Assembly (NCBI RefSeq): GCF_964355755.1
Contig: NC_092670.1
Span: 28,694,388 to 28,758,387 of the forward strand
Direction of reading: 5' to 3'
DNA from: Antedon mediterranea
Taxonomy: Eukaryota > Animalia > Echinodermata
Length of the DNA stretch: 64,000 nt
In this document: positions 51,349 through 62,020 of the stretch, piece after piece
How the letters are laid out: the number at the start of each line of letters is the position of its first letter
Position numbering within the stretch: the stretch's first letter is position 1
Notes under the pieces: generated by a model
What the model was told of the DNA's origin: nothing
Seen by the model: only the letters and a program-made list of their open reading frames with translations
The model's database searches: none
Position numbers and translations under genes: made by a program

Positions 51349-51900
51349 CTGAACAAACCAAAGCGGTTGCAAGAACTTGATGCCCCCATGGGTAGGCACT
51401 TATCATAGTAAAAACTACCTTCCCATGCAAAACCTAAAAGCCAATAATCTGTGGATGTGATCGGGATAATCCGAAAGGCCTCTTCGATATCCGTTTTTGC
51501 CATGAGACTGCCCACCCCAAACTTTAATACTTGTTTGACAATTGTGTCTATGTTGTCGTATTGTACAATTTTTTCCCCGGTAGGAATCGTGTCATTGACG
51601 GAATTACCTTTCGGATAAGATAAATCGTGTATGATTCTAAATTTACCTGGTTCCGATTTTGGAATTACACCTAACGGAGAAATTCTGAAGTTTTTAAAGG
51701 GTGGTGATGAGAACGGTCCTGCAATTCTGCCTAAGAGTACTCCCTTTTTAATAAAGTCAGTTACCGCTCCCGAGTATGTGAAACAACTTCTATGGTTTTT
51801 AGCTGTCATAGGATTGGGTAGAGTTATCGAGCCTAATGTAAAACCATGTTTAAAGCCGGCCAAAATGGATGTGTACATACCTTGTGGGGAACCTGTTAAG
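51349..51900 (-). pseudogene. Ngaro/DIRS reverse transcriptase N-terminal part, truncated before YxDD
   Basis: GRIAGPF..ISPLGVIPK..GKFRIIHDLSYP.GNSVND..MAKTDIEEAFRIIP..LPMGASSSC. Confidence 0.88.
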
Positions 51901-51921
51901 TAAGACGTTAGGTTGTTCAGT

Positions 51922-52829
51922 CTAATTGGGGTTGGTAGCGAGAAAGGATGGTGATTGCCTAATTTTGTTAGGTTTTTGGCAAAGAATTTTTGGGTGGTTT
52001 CCCCTGCAAATGTCGCAAGTATGTTTGAGGGTACAGGGTTTCTTTCTACAATCCTTTCCGTCGTTCCAGTTCCAACAGACTCCCCGGTTTCGCGTGTTTC
52101 GAAAGGAACTCTGAAATTTACTTTGAAAACGTTTGGTTTGGGACGTGTCAGTACATAAATAATTATAGCATTTTACGAGGAGTTCCGTATTCAAGACCCC
52201 CATTCTAGTGGACGAGATTGTCTCGCTTTTCGAAAGTTCAAGTCGTATCTTCGCCAGGCCCCTACCGGACCCGACGTATAAATATCTAGAATGTTAGCTA
52301 TATACTTAAGCATAGGTTGGCATGCTTCTTTCTCTTTCAATATATATATGGATACATAAATATGCATCGCTTTCACCCAATCTAAAAATTCAAGCGGTTG
52401 TTGTTGTTGGGGTGGTTCATGGTGAAGCTGTATGTTGCCATTGCCTACCGACATGCCCGTTACTGTAGCTTGTTCTTTATAACTAGGAAGTAGTGAACGC
52501 AGTTCAATAAATGTATCATTCCATATTATATTTTTGATGGCTGCGCTGATACCTGCCCCAAGGGGGATGGCCTCTGATTTATGGATATCGGGTTGAGCCA
52601 AAAGCTCCTCACCTGGAATTTGGTGGATAAATTCAGGTACTGGTGTCATCGACACGATGTCCTTGGATACTGCGTGGCTGTCCTGAGGTTCTTTTTGACT
52701 CTCCACTTGTTGTAAGGCGTGCAGTTCTTTTGCCAGTTTGGCATAGTCAAGCGACGTCGCTACCTGTGGTACCTTCTTTTTCTGTGCGTTTTTTCCCGTT
52801 TTTGAATTTGTTGACGTTGTTTTTGGCAT
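51922..52829 (-). pseudogene. Ngaro/DIRS ORF1 (gag-like) with a C-terminal zinc finger, one frameshift near 52195
   Basis: IKNIIWNDTFIELRSLL...WVKAMHIY...WRRYDLNFRK...EWG, then CWNWNDGKDCRKKPCTLKHTCDICRGNHP in a shifted frame. Confidence 0.8.
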
Positions 52830-53645
52830 ATTGTTTCTGGACGCCTACTGGATTCCTGTAGCCCCAGCATAAAAGAAAAAGTGTTTAATATGATAGGTTA
52901 ATGTGAGGAATTTTCCTGAGCACATAAGATACCTATTACTGGTACCTTACAAAGGCTTGCTTACTTTAAATAAAATCGCCAAGCATTTCGTGTGCAATGA
53001 AATTAGAAATACGAGGAGACCAAATATAGCTCAGAAATATAGGTCAGATATAGTGTTGGTGTAAACCACCCAACATAAGTAAAAGTCGTGCAATTCTTTA
53101 AAAACGAATGCACTGTTATGAGTCATTGAGCTAGCAAAACTGTCCCTCGGGCGTAAAGCAAAGTAGCAGCAAAAGTTTCAAATAGTAAGGTATCTTCCGG
53201 TATATGTCCCTGGACCAAAACATAGCCGGAAATAAAAATGTTTCTACTTAGGCCCCTATATGAGAGAAAAACGAATCGTAGAAACTAAAATGCTCAAAAT
53301 GAGAGCAAAAATAACCTCAAAGGCAGGATGAAAAACTCTGCCAATAGTAGCTCGATGTAAAAATGGTTGGCCTATATAAAAGAACAGTAATTTTGCCTAA
53401 GGCCGCCGTCATGAGCAAAAAGAAATAAAAGTGAGGTTAAAATGATCCAGGTATTAAATGTATAACATTTACGTATTGTAACTTGGCCTATTATTGGCAC
53501 ATAAAACGTAAATAAAAGAGTTTTACTTTGAGAGTAAAAGAAAAATATAAGTTGGAGACATGTGTGTTGCACACCATCCCGTCGACTTAGTATAAACGAT
53601 GATACAAGACAGTCGTCTATAAAGCCTAATCTTAAATAATTTATG

Positions 53646-54053
53646 TTATACTGGCCTTAAAAGTTTTGTTCCATATATTAGGGCGTTCCGCACATTTCTA
53701 ATGAATCGCTTCATTCCTGATAATTTGTGGACATGATCAGCAGTGCTTAAATGCACACCATCTCTTCCCACGTGAGTAAAGTCCGCCTTAAAACCGCGAT
53801 GCCTCCAAAAAATCACTTTAGGATGGTCAGCGAAAAGCGATTCTAAAATATTATTCACTTTCTTTATCGTAGTGTTGAACGTGGGTAGGGCGTTTTTCGG
53901 TAACCTACGGATGAGCTCTCCTATTATCACTAATTTGACATCTGCCACAGGCAAAAAAAAGTCAATGAATGCCTGATAGTGTCGTATGAAGGTTGAAATA
54001 TTACATGTTCCTATGTCATTTTCTCCTATCTGAATGTATACTATGTCGATAAA
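53646..54053 (-). pseudogene. SGNH/GDSL hydrolase ORF (5'-truncated) of the Ngaro-like element
   Basis: Open frame FIDIVYIQIGENDIG (block III GxND) ...VIIGELIRR...KKVNNIL...FWRH...GRDGVHLS (block V DxxH). Block I GDS is absent. Confidence 0.82.
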
Positions 54054-57000
54054 CTATGCATAGAGTGAAACCCATTGACACAAACGATTCTTCCTTTGGT
54101 ATTTTTACTCGGAAGAAATTATTTTGTGATTTTCGAAAAAACTTGTTACCATAAAAACACCAAATTGCTTAGAATAGCTTCAAATCGCATTTGGAGACGT
54201 TTTAGACCATTTTGTGATTTTCGAAAAAACTTGTTAACATAAAAACATCAAAGTGCTTAAAATCACATAAGAAACCGTTTTAGACCATTTTGAGCATTTC
54301 GATAAAACTTTTCACACAAAAACATCAAAGAGCACAAAATAGCTTAATATCGTATTTAAAAACGTTTTTGACCATTTTGAGCATTTCGACAAAAATATTT
54401 CACACAAAACAGCAAAGTGTACAGGATAGCTTCAAATCGCATTTGGAGACGTTTTAGACCATTTTGTGATTTTCGAAAAAACTTGTTAACATAAAAACAT
54501 CAAAGTGCTTAGAATAGCTTCAAATCGCATTTGAAGACGTTTAAGACCATCTTGTGATTTTCGAAAAAAACTTGTTAACATAAAAACACCAAAGTACTTA
54601 GAATAGCTTCAAATCGCATTTGGAGACGTTTTAACATAAAAACACAAAAGTGCTTAGAATAGCTTCAAATCGCATTTGTAGACGTTTTTTAGACCATTTT
54701 GTGATTTTCGAAAAAACTTGTTAACATAAAAACAGCAAAGTGTACAGAATAGCTTCAAATCGCATTTAGAGATGTTTTAGACCATTTTGTGATTTTCGAA
54801 AAAAACTTGTTAACATAAAAACACCAAAGTGCTAAGAATAGCTTCAAATCGCATTTGGAGACATTTTAGACCATTTTGTGATTTTCGAAAAAAACTTGTT
54901 AACATAAAAACACCAAAGTGCTTAGAATAGCTTCAAATCGCATTTGGAGACGTTTTAGACCATTTTGTGATTTTCGAAAAAACTTGTTAACATAAAAACA
55001 CCAAAGTGCTTAGAATAGCTTCAAATCGCATTTGGAGACGTTTTAGACCATTTTGTGATTTTCGAAAAAACATGTTAACATAAAAACATCAAAGTGCTTA
55101 AAATAGTTTAAAATCGCATTTGGAGACGTTTTAGACCATTTTGTGATTTTCGAAAAAACTTGTTAACATAAAAACACCAAAGTGCTTAGAATAGCTTAAA
55201 ATCGCATTTGGGGACGTTTTAGACCATTTTGTGATTTTCGAAAAAACTTGTTAACATAAAAACATCAAAGTGTACAGAATAGCTTCAAATCGCATTTGGA
55301 TACATTTTAGACCATTTTGTGATTTTCGAAAAAACTTGTTAACATAAAAACACCAAAGTGCTTAGAATAGCTTCAAATCGCATTTGGAGACGTTTTAGAC
55401 CATTTTGTGATTTTCGAAAAAACTTGTTAACATAAAAACATCAAAGTGCTTAGAATAGCTTCAAATCGCATTTGGAGGCGTTTTAGACCATTTTGTGATT
55501 TTCGAAAAAACTTGTTAACATAAAAACATCAAAGTGTACAGAATAGCTTAAAATCGCATTTGGAGATGTTTTAGACCATTTTGTGATTTTCGAAAAAACT
55601 TGTTAACATAAAAACACCAAAGTGCTTAGAATAGCTTCAAATCGCATTTGGAGACGTTTTAGACCATTTTGTGATTTTCGAAAAAACTTGTTACCATAAA
55701 AACACCAAAGTGCTTAGAATAGCTTCAAATCGCATTTGGAGACGTTTTAGACCATTTTGTGATTTTCGAAAAAACTTGTTAACATAAAAACATCAAAGTG
55801 TACATAATAGCTTCAAATCGCATTTGGAGACGTTTTAGACCATTTTGTGATTTTCGAAAAAACTTGTTAACATAAAAACACCAAAGTTCTTAGAATAGCT
55901 TCAAATCGCATTTGGAGACGTTTTAGACCATTTTGTGATTTTCGAAAAAACTTGTTAACATAAAAACACCAAAGTGCTTAGAATAGCTTCAAATCGCATT
56001 TGGAGACGTTTTAGACCATTTTGTGATTTTAGAATAGCTTCAAATCGCATTTGGAGACGTTTTAGACCATTTTGTGATTTTCGAAAAAAACTTGGTTGCA
56101 CAAAAACATCAAAGTGCTTAAAATCACATTAGAAACCGTTTTAGACCATTTTTAGCATTTCGATAAAACTTTTCACACAACTTTTCAAAGAGCACAAAAT
56201 AGCTTAATATCGTATTTAAAAACGTTTTTGACCATTTTGAGTATTTCGACAAAAATGTTTCACACAAAACAGCATAGTGTACAGAATAGCTTCAAATCGC
56301 ATTTTGGAGACGTTTTAGACCATTTTGTGATATTCGAAAAAACTTGTTACCTGTATCATCATTTTCCTTTTGCATAGTATTTTTAACATTTTCAGATGAA
56401 CAGCATTCGTCAAGTAGTAGTAGTAGTAGTAGTACTCACAGATGTTCCAGAAGCTGAAAACTTAAAAACATGATAGTCATTCACTACCAGTTTAAGGATT
56501 CAGTAAACATTGCTGTCAGGCATTTTAGTTACTATATAATGAATACAGAGAGAACAATACAAGGACAAATGATCTGCTAATGGCAATCACGAAGAAGCTT
56601 ATGTGCTTATACATGACAGTTGATGTGTAATGATGTGCACTTTTTAACTCGTATAGCAAAAACATACTAAAGACGATATCTGGTATAGTGAACAACAAAG
56701 TAGCTGAAAAATCAAATCACCTTTCGTGCCTTTACAGGTTGCAAGACATCATGGGATGGGAAGGCGAGTCATACTGGAAATCATTCGTAACGCATCCACT
56801 CATTTTAATGTAATTTGTAAATCATTATTATGGTTAAAATGAATTAAGTCGTTTTGGAAGCCCCTATCCCAGTTGTCAGTTACATAATGTATGTAAACGA
56901 AAGAGCCAGATATATTTTTTGCCGTAAACATGCATGATTGCTGAATACCCAGCTGGCTAATATGCATTTGCCAGTACTATGTAATAGAAGAAATACCCAC

Positions 57001-58399
57001 CATAGTGCGGGTATCTTTCCCTATCCTACAACAGTAGTTTAAAACCTTCCAAGTACAAATTCCAGTCATGTTGATATACAATGGTCATTTCCAACACACA
57101 ACCCCTCTGTGATGTTTTTAAAATTTAGTTATAAACATTCCAGTAGCCTTAAATTCCGGTTATTTTGATACTCCATCGCTCCACTGAACTTTCAAGTTAC
57201 TTTAATACCCATAATAAGCTAATGAAACATGTTTTTGCAATAATAAAACTCTTTATTCAAATGCTTATATTATATATAAATGTCATCAATAGACTAGTTA
57301 CAATTCAACGCCAACAAATAAAACTGCCAAGATAAGGTTGTGAATTAAGACTTTTACTACAGTATTACATATGAATGAGATTGTCTTTTACCTGGAATGT
57401 ATATCTGGATGCGGGAAGTTTTTACATAATGCATAAATGGTTAAGAAATATTTATAGAAATCACCAACCATGTTATGCGTTAAAACATGCTTAGTAAAGT
57501 GCCTATTCTTGATCTAAATTATGAATAAAACAGTATTATTCTTCCAGTTAACTGTTTTTTACATATTATAATCAACTTATCTATTTTTACAAACAAACAA
57601 CAAATGTGTATGGCAACGGATTTAAGAAATCTTATCAATAACATCAATAGGCCTAATACTGTACTTTTTTCATTATTTCACTAAGATTTTTCATACAACA
57701 CAAAAACTATGGAACTATATTCTTGGAACATATGATTACCTTTTAAAGTAATCATTTACCACTCTCAACACAAATGTTTTTTTCAATAAACAAAAATTCC
57801 CTTTTACATAACTTAAAATAAAATGAGGTTTCATTTATCATATACAGTACTGTAGTATTTCAAAACTCTTGGATACATCTCAGAGGTTTACACCTCAACT
57901 GCAGTGATCACAATATTGACATTTGCTGCCGAATATTGTGAACATAATATCAAATAAAAATATAACATAATCGTGATGGTATTATTGTTTGGTAACGGAT
58001 TTGACGATCTTATCAATAACACACTGTTACTTTTCTTTTGAAAAAGATTTTTTTTACTCCATAGTGCACACTGACTTGATTCGACTTTAAATGCTCGTAC
58101 AATATAAAAACTATGAAACTATATTCTCGGAACACATGTAAATAAACATGATTCCATAATTATTATAAAACAACAAATATTTTTAATCATTTACTTTTTA
58201 AAGAAGTGGTCTATATCATTTACAAACAACACTTTCAAAATATCACAAATGGAAACATATTTTTTTTTTTTTAAACCAACAAACAAAACTTCCCTTATAT
58301 CTTATTTTAATATCAAATTAAAAGAATAAACATAATCGTGATTGTCTGTATCATGCTAAAATCACATATTATCATTTTTTTAGCTACTTGTTTAATTTT

Positions 58400-60580
58400 C
58401 TACACAATGTCCATTACCCAAATGTTATTTTCTAACACAGCACTGAACTCTGATCGAAATTCAATGTAGTCTTTGAAGCTAGAAGCCAATTCAAGGATGC
58501 ACCCACATGTATGCGCAACTGGACGTCTCTCAAAGTCAGACTGTTTTTTCCCAACATTTGATTAGCTCCTTTAAATGAAGAAATAAAAAAATAAATTTAT
58601 ACATATAATGATATCTAATAACATATTATTAATAATTTAAGGCTAGCCTCTACTACTAGTAGTACTGACTGAGTGTAAAAAACTGAAAACATTATGGGAT
58701 AGGGTTCATCTTCATAAATAGTGATAGTGAAACATTTTTTTTTTCGTATTTGAGGTCAAACCTCATTTAAAGTGATCAATATTGATTAGATCACAACTAG
58801 AACACTAAAAGGTGATAATTTATGGGAAAAAATATTGAAATGATGTAAAGTTTGCCATTTTTTGAGTTAAAAAAAAATCATTTTTACATTAAAGATTTCA
58901 CAGCGCAAATCTAAAAAAAAAATCAAACCTCCTGCAAACCACTTATATTATATTGATTATAACCATAACATGATTAGATCTAAAAAGAAGACAATTTATA
59001 AAACAAAATTATTGAAATTAATGCAAGTTTTTGGGTTGAAAAACATAAATTTTTCTGGCAAAAATACTGGTTTCAGAGTGCAAATCCCTAAAACACAAAT
59101 ATCATTCAAACCAATTATTAATTAGATCATATAGAACTATAAAAGGAGATAATTTAAAAAAAAAAACTTTGAGAAACCTCCTTCAAACTAATTAATAATA
59201 ATATTAATTAGATCACAACTAGAACTATATTGTCTCCTTTTATAGTTCTAGTTGTCATCTAATCAATATTAATTGGTTTAAAGTTTTTTTGTTGCACAGT
59301 TAGTAATACCCTTTAAAAATAAAATATACCAAAATCTTTTTTTACAAATTTGGAAAAAAGTATTTATGTCTAGGGATAGAGGCTAGCCTTAACATCGGTT
59401 AAAAACCTTATTTTCAAATGAACTTACCTGTAGTGTATCTCATAAATGTCATTAACTTATCCACAGACAGACTCTTTATAAATTTGAGAAGAAGTTTAGT
59501 CGTATTTCTTTGTTCTTCTGATGCATCTTGTGGCAGATTTAACGCAGCTATGACGCGCTTGGTTGTTGGTATAGCTGTTTGACAGATATCTTCAATGTTC
59601 ATTGTATGTAGAGCGGGTTTCAAGTGTTCTACAAACACGCTGTGCCAGCATCTACTTATGTATGATGTTCCCTGTATCAAGGTACGGTGGGCAGCATCCT
59701 GTAGAATTGCTCTAATATTGTCACTCGTAGCATTTCTTTTTACCTTGTAATTGTCGAGGATATCAAATAGGTCCTCTTCATCCACATCTGAGAAGTTGTT
59801 CAGTGCCGTTTCTAAAACAATTTTTTCACTGTCTGCAACTAATTCTAAAAAAGTGGGTATCATTGATGGATGGTTTGAATTGATGATGGTGGCATCCATC
59901 ACATATTGTAAGAACGGTACTGCTAATTTGAACGGGAAGAAACTTTCCTGCTTATATCCGATAACCAGAACTTTTGCTGTGGCTTGCCACTTTTCTTTGC
60001 TCATACTATCCCGTAGACAGGGTACCTTCAGATGTTCTCCCACAGTATACAAATTGTAGAAATCCTCCCAAAATTCACTAAGAGCATCTCTTAATACACC
60101 ACCAAAGTCTTCTCCAAATTCAAGTTGGCCATTAGGCCTAACCATTTCAACCTCAATAGGATAATTAAGGTCAGTATTGATAAAGAAATCTGTAAGTTCT
60201 TTCAAAACATGGCCTCGGTGCAGCCTTACTTTAGTATACTTGGGAATGACAGGATTTCCACTCTCAACCTCATAATTTAAGTCATTCATTATAGACAGAC
60301 CTTCATTCCTATCATCATAATTCAATAAATCATTTGCTATGGGAAGATTATTGGCTACTAGTACTACTTTGGCTTCCACAGCCGGTTTGCCTAGATCCAC
60401 AAAGGTATTAGCATCACTGTCAGTTGAAGTAATATCAGACATATCTATCGAAAGTAAATCTTCTCCCATTTCACTTTCCATCCATGTACCGCTGGTTGAT
60501 GGTTTACCTATTCCAATCGAGCCTCTTGAAGTAGCAATTACTAGTAGAACCTTAATTGCCTGTTGATTCATAAGAATGGA
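58400..60580 (-). pseudogene. HECT-domain E3 ubiquitin ligase-like gene (G2E3-like type), two exons, frameshifted
   Basis: Exon ~60580-59428 (VRLHRGHVLKEL..GEDFGGVLRDALSEFW..LMTFMRYTTG|gtaagt). Last exon 58568-58400 has RRPVAHTCGCILEL..EFRSEF..WVMDIV* (catalytic HTC) out of frame after a short deletion near 58545. Confidence 0.82.
58641..59388. mobile_element. Kolobok-like MITE in the HECT intron
   Basis: TTAA|GGCTAGCCTCTA ... TAGAGGCTAGCC|TTAA, with internal degenerate ATTAGATCAC..AGAAC repeats and a foldback at ~59199-59272. Confidence 0.75.
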
Positions 60581-61468
60581 CTATTATTAGTTTATGAGAT
60601 ATCATGAAAACATAGAATGTATAGCTAATTTGCATATTATACTTGTTTTCATGTATGCATTCATTTATTTATAACAATGACAAACCTGGCCTACAAATAC
60701 AATGTTGTCCAGCTCACTATGCTACAGTAGATTCAGTAGCTTTATAATAAATATAAGGACCTAGGCCTAGAACTTTCAACTGTTAAAATAGAAAATCAAT
60801 TTACTCTTCTTTTATTAGTTAGTGAAAAAAGATTATATATTATATTATTTTATATGTATTTAAAACATCAAAATCAATATTAAATACTGTAAATGGGAAA
60901 ATATTATTATTCATATTTTCCAAATATCAGAATGCTATTATTATTAATTCTGAGAGCTGAATCGATTTAATAACATCGGCCTATTAAGTAAATGTATTAG
61001 CTATTAATGCCCTCCGACAGGTCTAGCACATTCATCACGCACGTCACACGCACTTCCTCCTGCTGCTGTGCGGCCACCATTAAGAAGTAGGCCCAGTAGG
61101 CTAGCCCCTAGGCCTAGTGTAAATATTTATTATTATTTAGGAGGCCTAGTTTGGCCCATTGATTGACTCCTTATCTGTAGTCACTTGCACTACTTTACAT
61201 TTACAAGGCCAATTTTCATTCAAATAATTATATTGTCCAAGGTATAAACATGTTTTGTTATAATAATACAATTTTACTTACTTTTAATTTTCTGTGTTTC
61301 TTCTCTTTACACGTGAGACGACGTGTGTGAGGTTTGTTGATGTACTACGCAAGCGCAAGTACGTGTGAACAGAGTGTATAATTAGGGCGTTATAACGCCC
61401 TAATACGGCGTTATAACGCCGTATTATTATAAAATAATTGTTTTCTTTGGCGGAAATCAGCCACCGTA

Positions 61469-62020
61469 AATTTGATCTTTATTAATTTTGCAGTCTATTA
61501 TTTAACTACTGTACCTTCACACACGCGCGGTATGTTTTAAAATAAACAAAAAACTGAAATGGCTATGATTAATGGCCAACTTAAACTCCAGTCCTACTAT
61601 ATCTGATTTTCGTCTTCCAAAGGGACACTGTATTGATTGATGGAAAGTGCCTGTTTCCAGTCACCTTTAGGGTCAAATCTATTATTTTAACTGCTCCCTT
61701 GTGTATAAAAGAGAGAAAATATTTGAAACGAGGTTGTTGCAAGGTGAACTTATCTTAAACCCGGAAATTACTTTGACCGGGAAGAATTAAAATTGAGATG
61801 AAAATCTAATGTTGAAATCATAAATTGTATTAAAAAACTCTTTATAATATCTTCCTAAGATAGAAATATGGAACAGTAGCGTCGCTGTGAACACTAATGT
61901 TATCAAATCTACGTTTCGTGGTACATCTCAGATAGATAAGGTAGGTATCCAAGGCGATTTGTACCGAAGTTTTTGCATTGTGCTCACCTATGTCAGAATT
62001 AACCATAATTTATATATAGA
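61469..62020 (+). repeat. Third copy of the 16530-18468 dispersed repeat
   Basis: Colinear with 17934-18468. Confidence 0.85.

Larger units (their letters stand above)
51349..54120 (-). mobile_element. DIRS-order (Ngaro-like) tyrosine-recombinase retrotransposon fragment
   Basis: gag-like ORF, CCCH finger, DIRS-type RT N-terminus and an SGNH hydrolase ORF. RNase H and the tyrosine recombinase are absent. Confidence 0.88.
34757..56350 (+). repeat. 88-bp satellite array with higher-order repeats, interrupted by four insertions
   Basis: Consensus AACATAAAAACACCAAAGTGCTTAGAATAGCTTCAAATCGCATTTGGAGACGTTTTAGACCATTTTGTGATTTTCGAAAAAACTTGTT, with starts at 36001, 36089 and 36177 (period 88). Blocks: 34757-35194, 36000-40813, 43699-45483, 47006-51348, 54121-56350. 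Confidence 0.98.
56351..61468 (-). mobile_element. Putative IS3EU-like DNA transposon remnant containing the HECT gene (left boundary unknown)
   Basis: Minus-strand terminus TACGGTGGCTGA at 61468, exactly where an unrelated dispersed repeat resumes (AATTTGATCTTTATTAATT, compare 17934). Subterminal palindromes GGCGTTATAACGCC occur twice. The second TIR and a transposase were not found. Confidence 0.45.

Noticed and set aside
34757-56350. CRISPR array or CENP-B box in the 88-bp repeat
   Set aside because: There are no spacers. TTTCGAAAAAACTTGTT matches only the TTCG....A part of the CENP-B box and lacks CGGG.
57600-58350. Degenerate ~390-bp tandem duplication downstream of the HECT stop
   Set aside because: Real but old and non-coding, with no further structure evident.
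59751-60566. Plus-strand ORFs overlapping the HECT exon (similarly those over the Ngaro and piggyBac ORFs)
   Set aside because: Antisense shadows of real coding frames.
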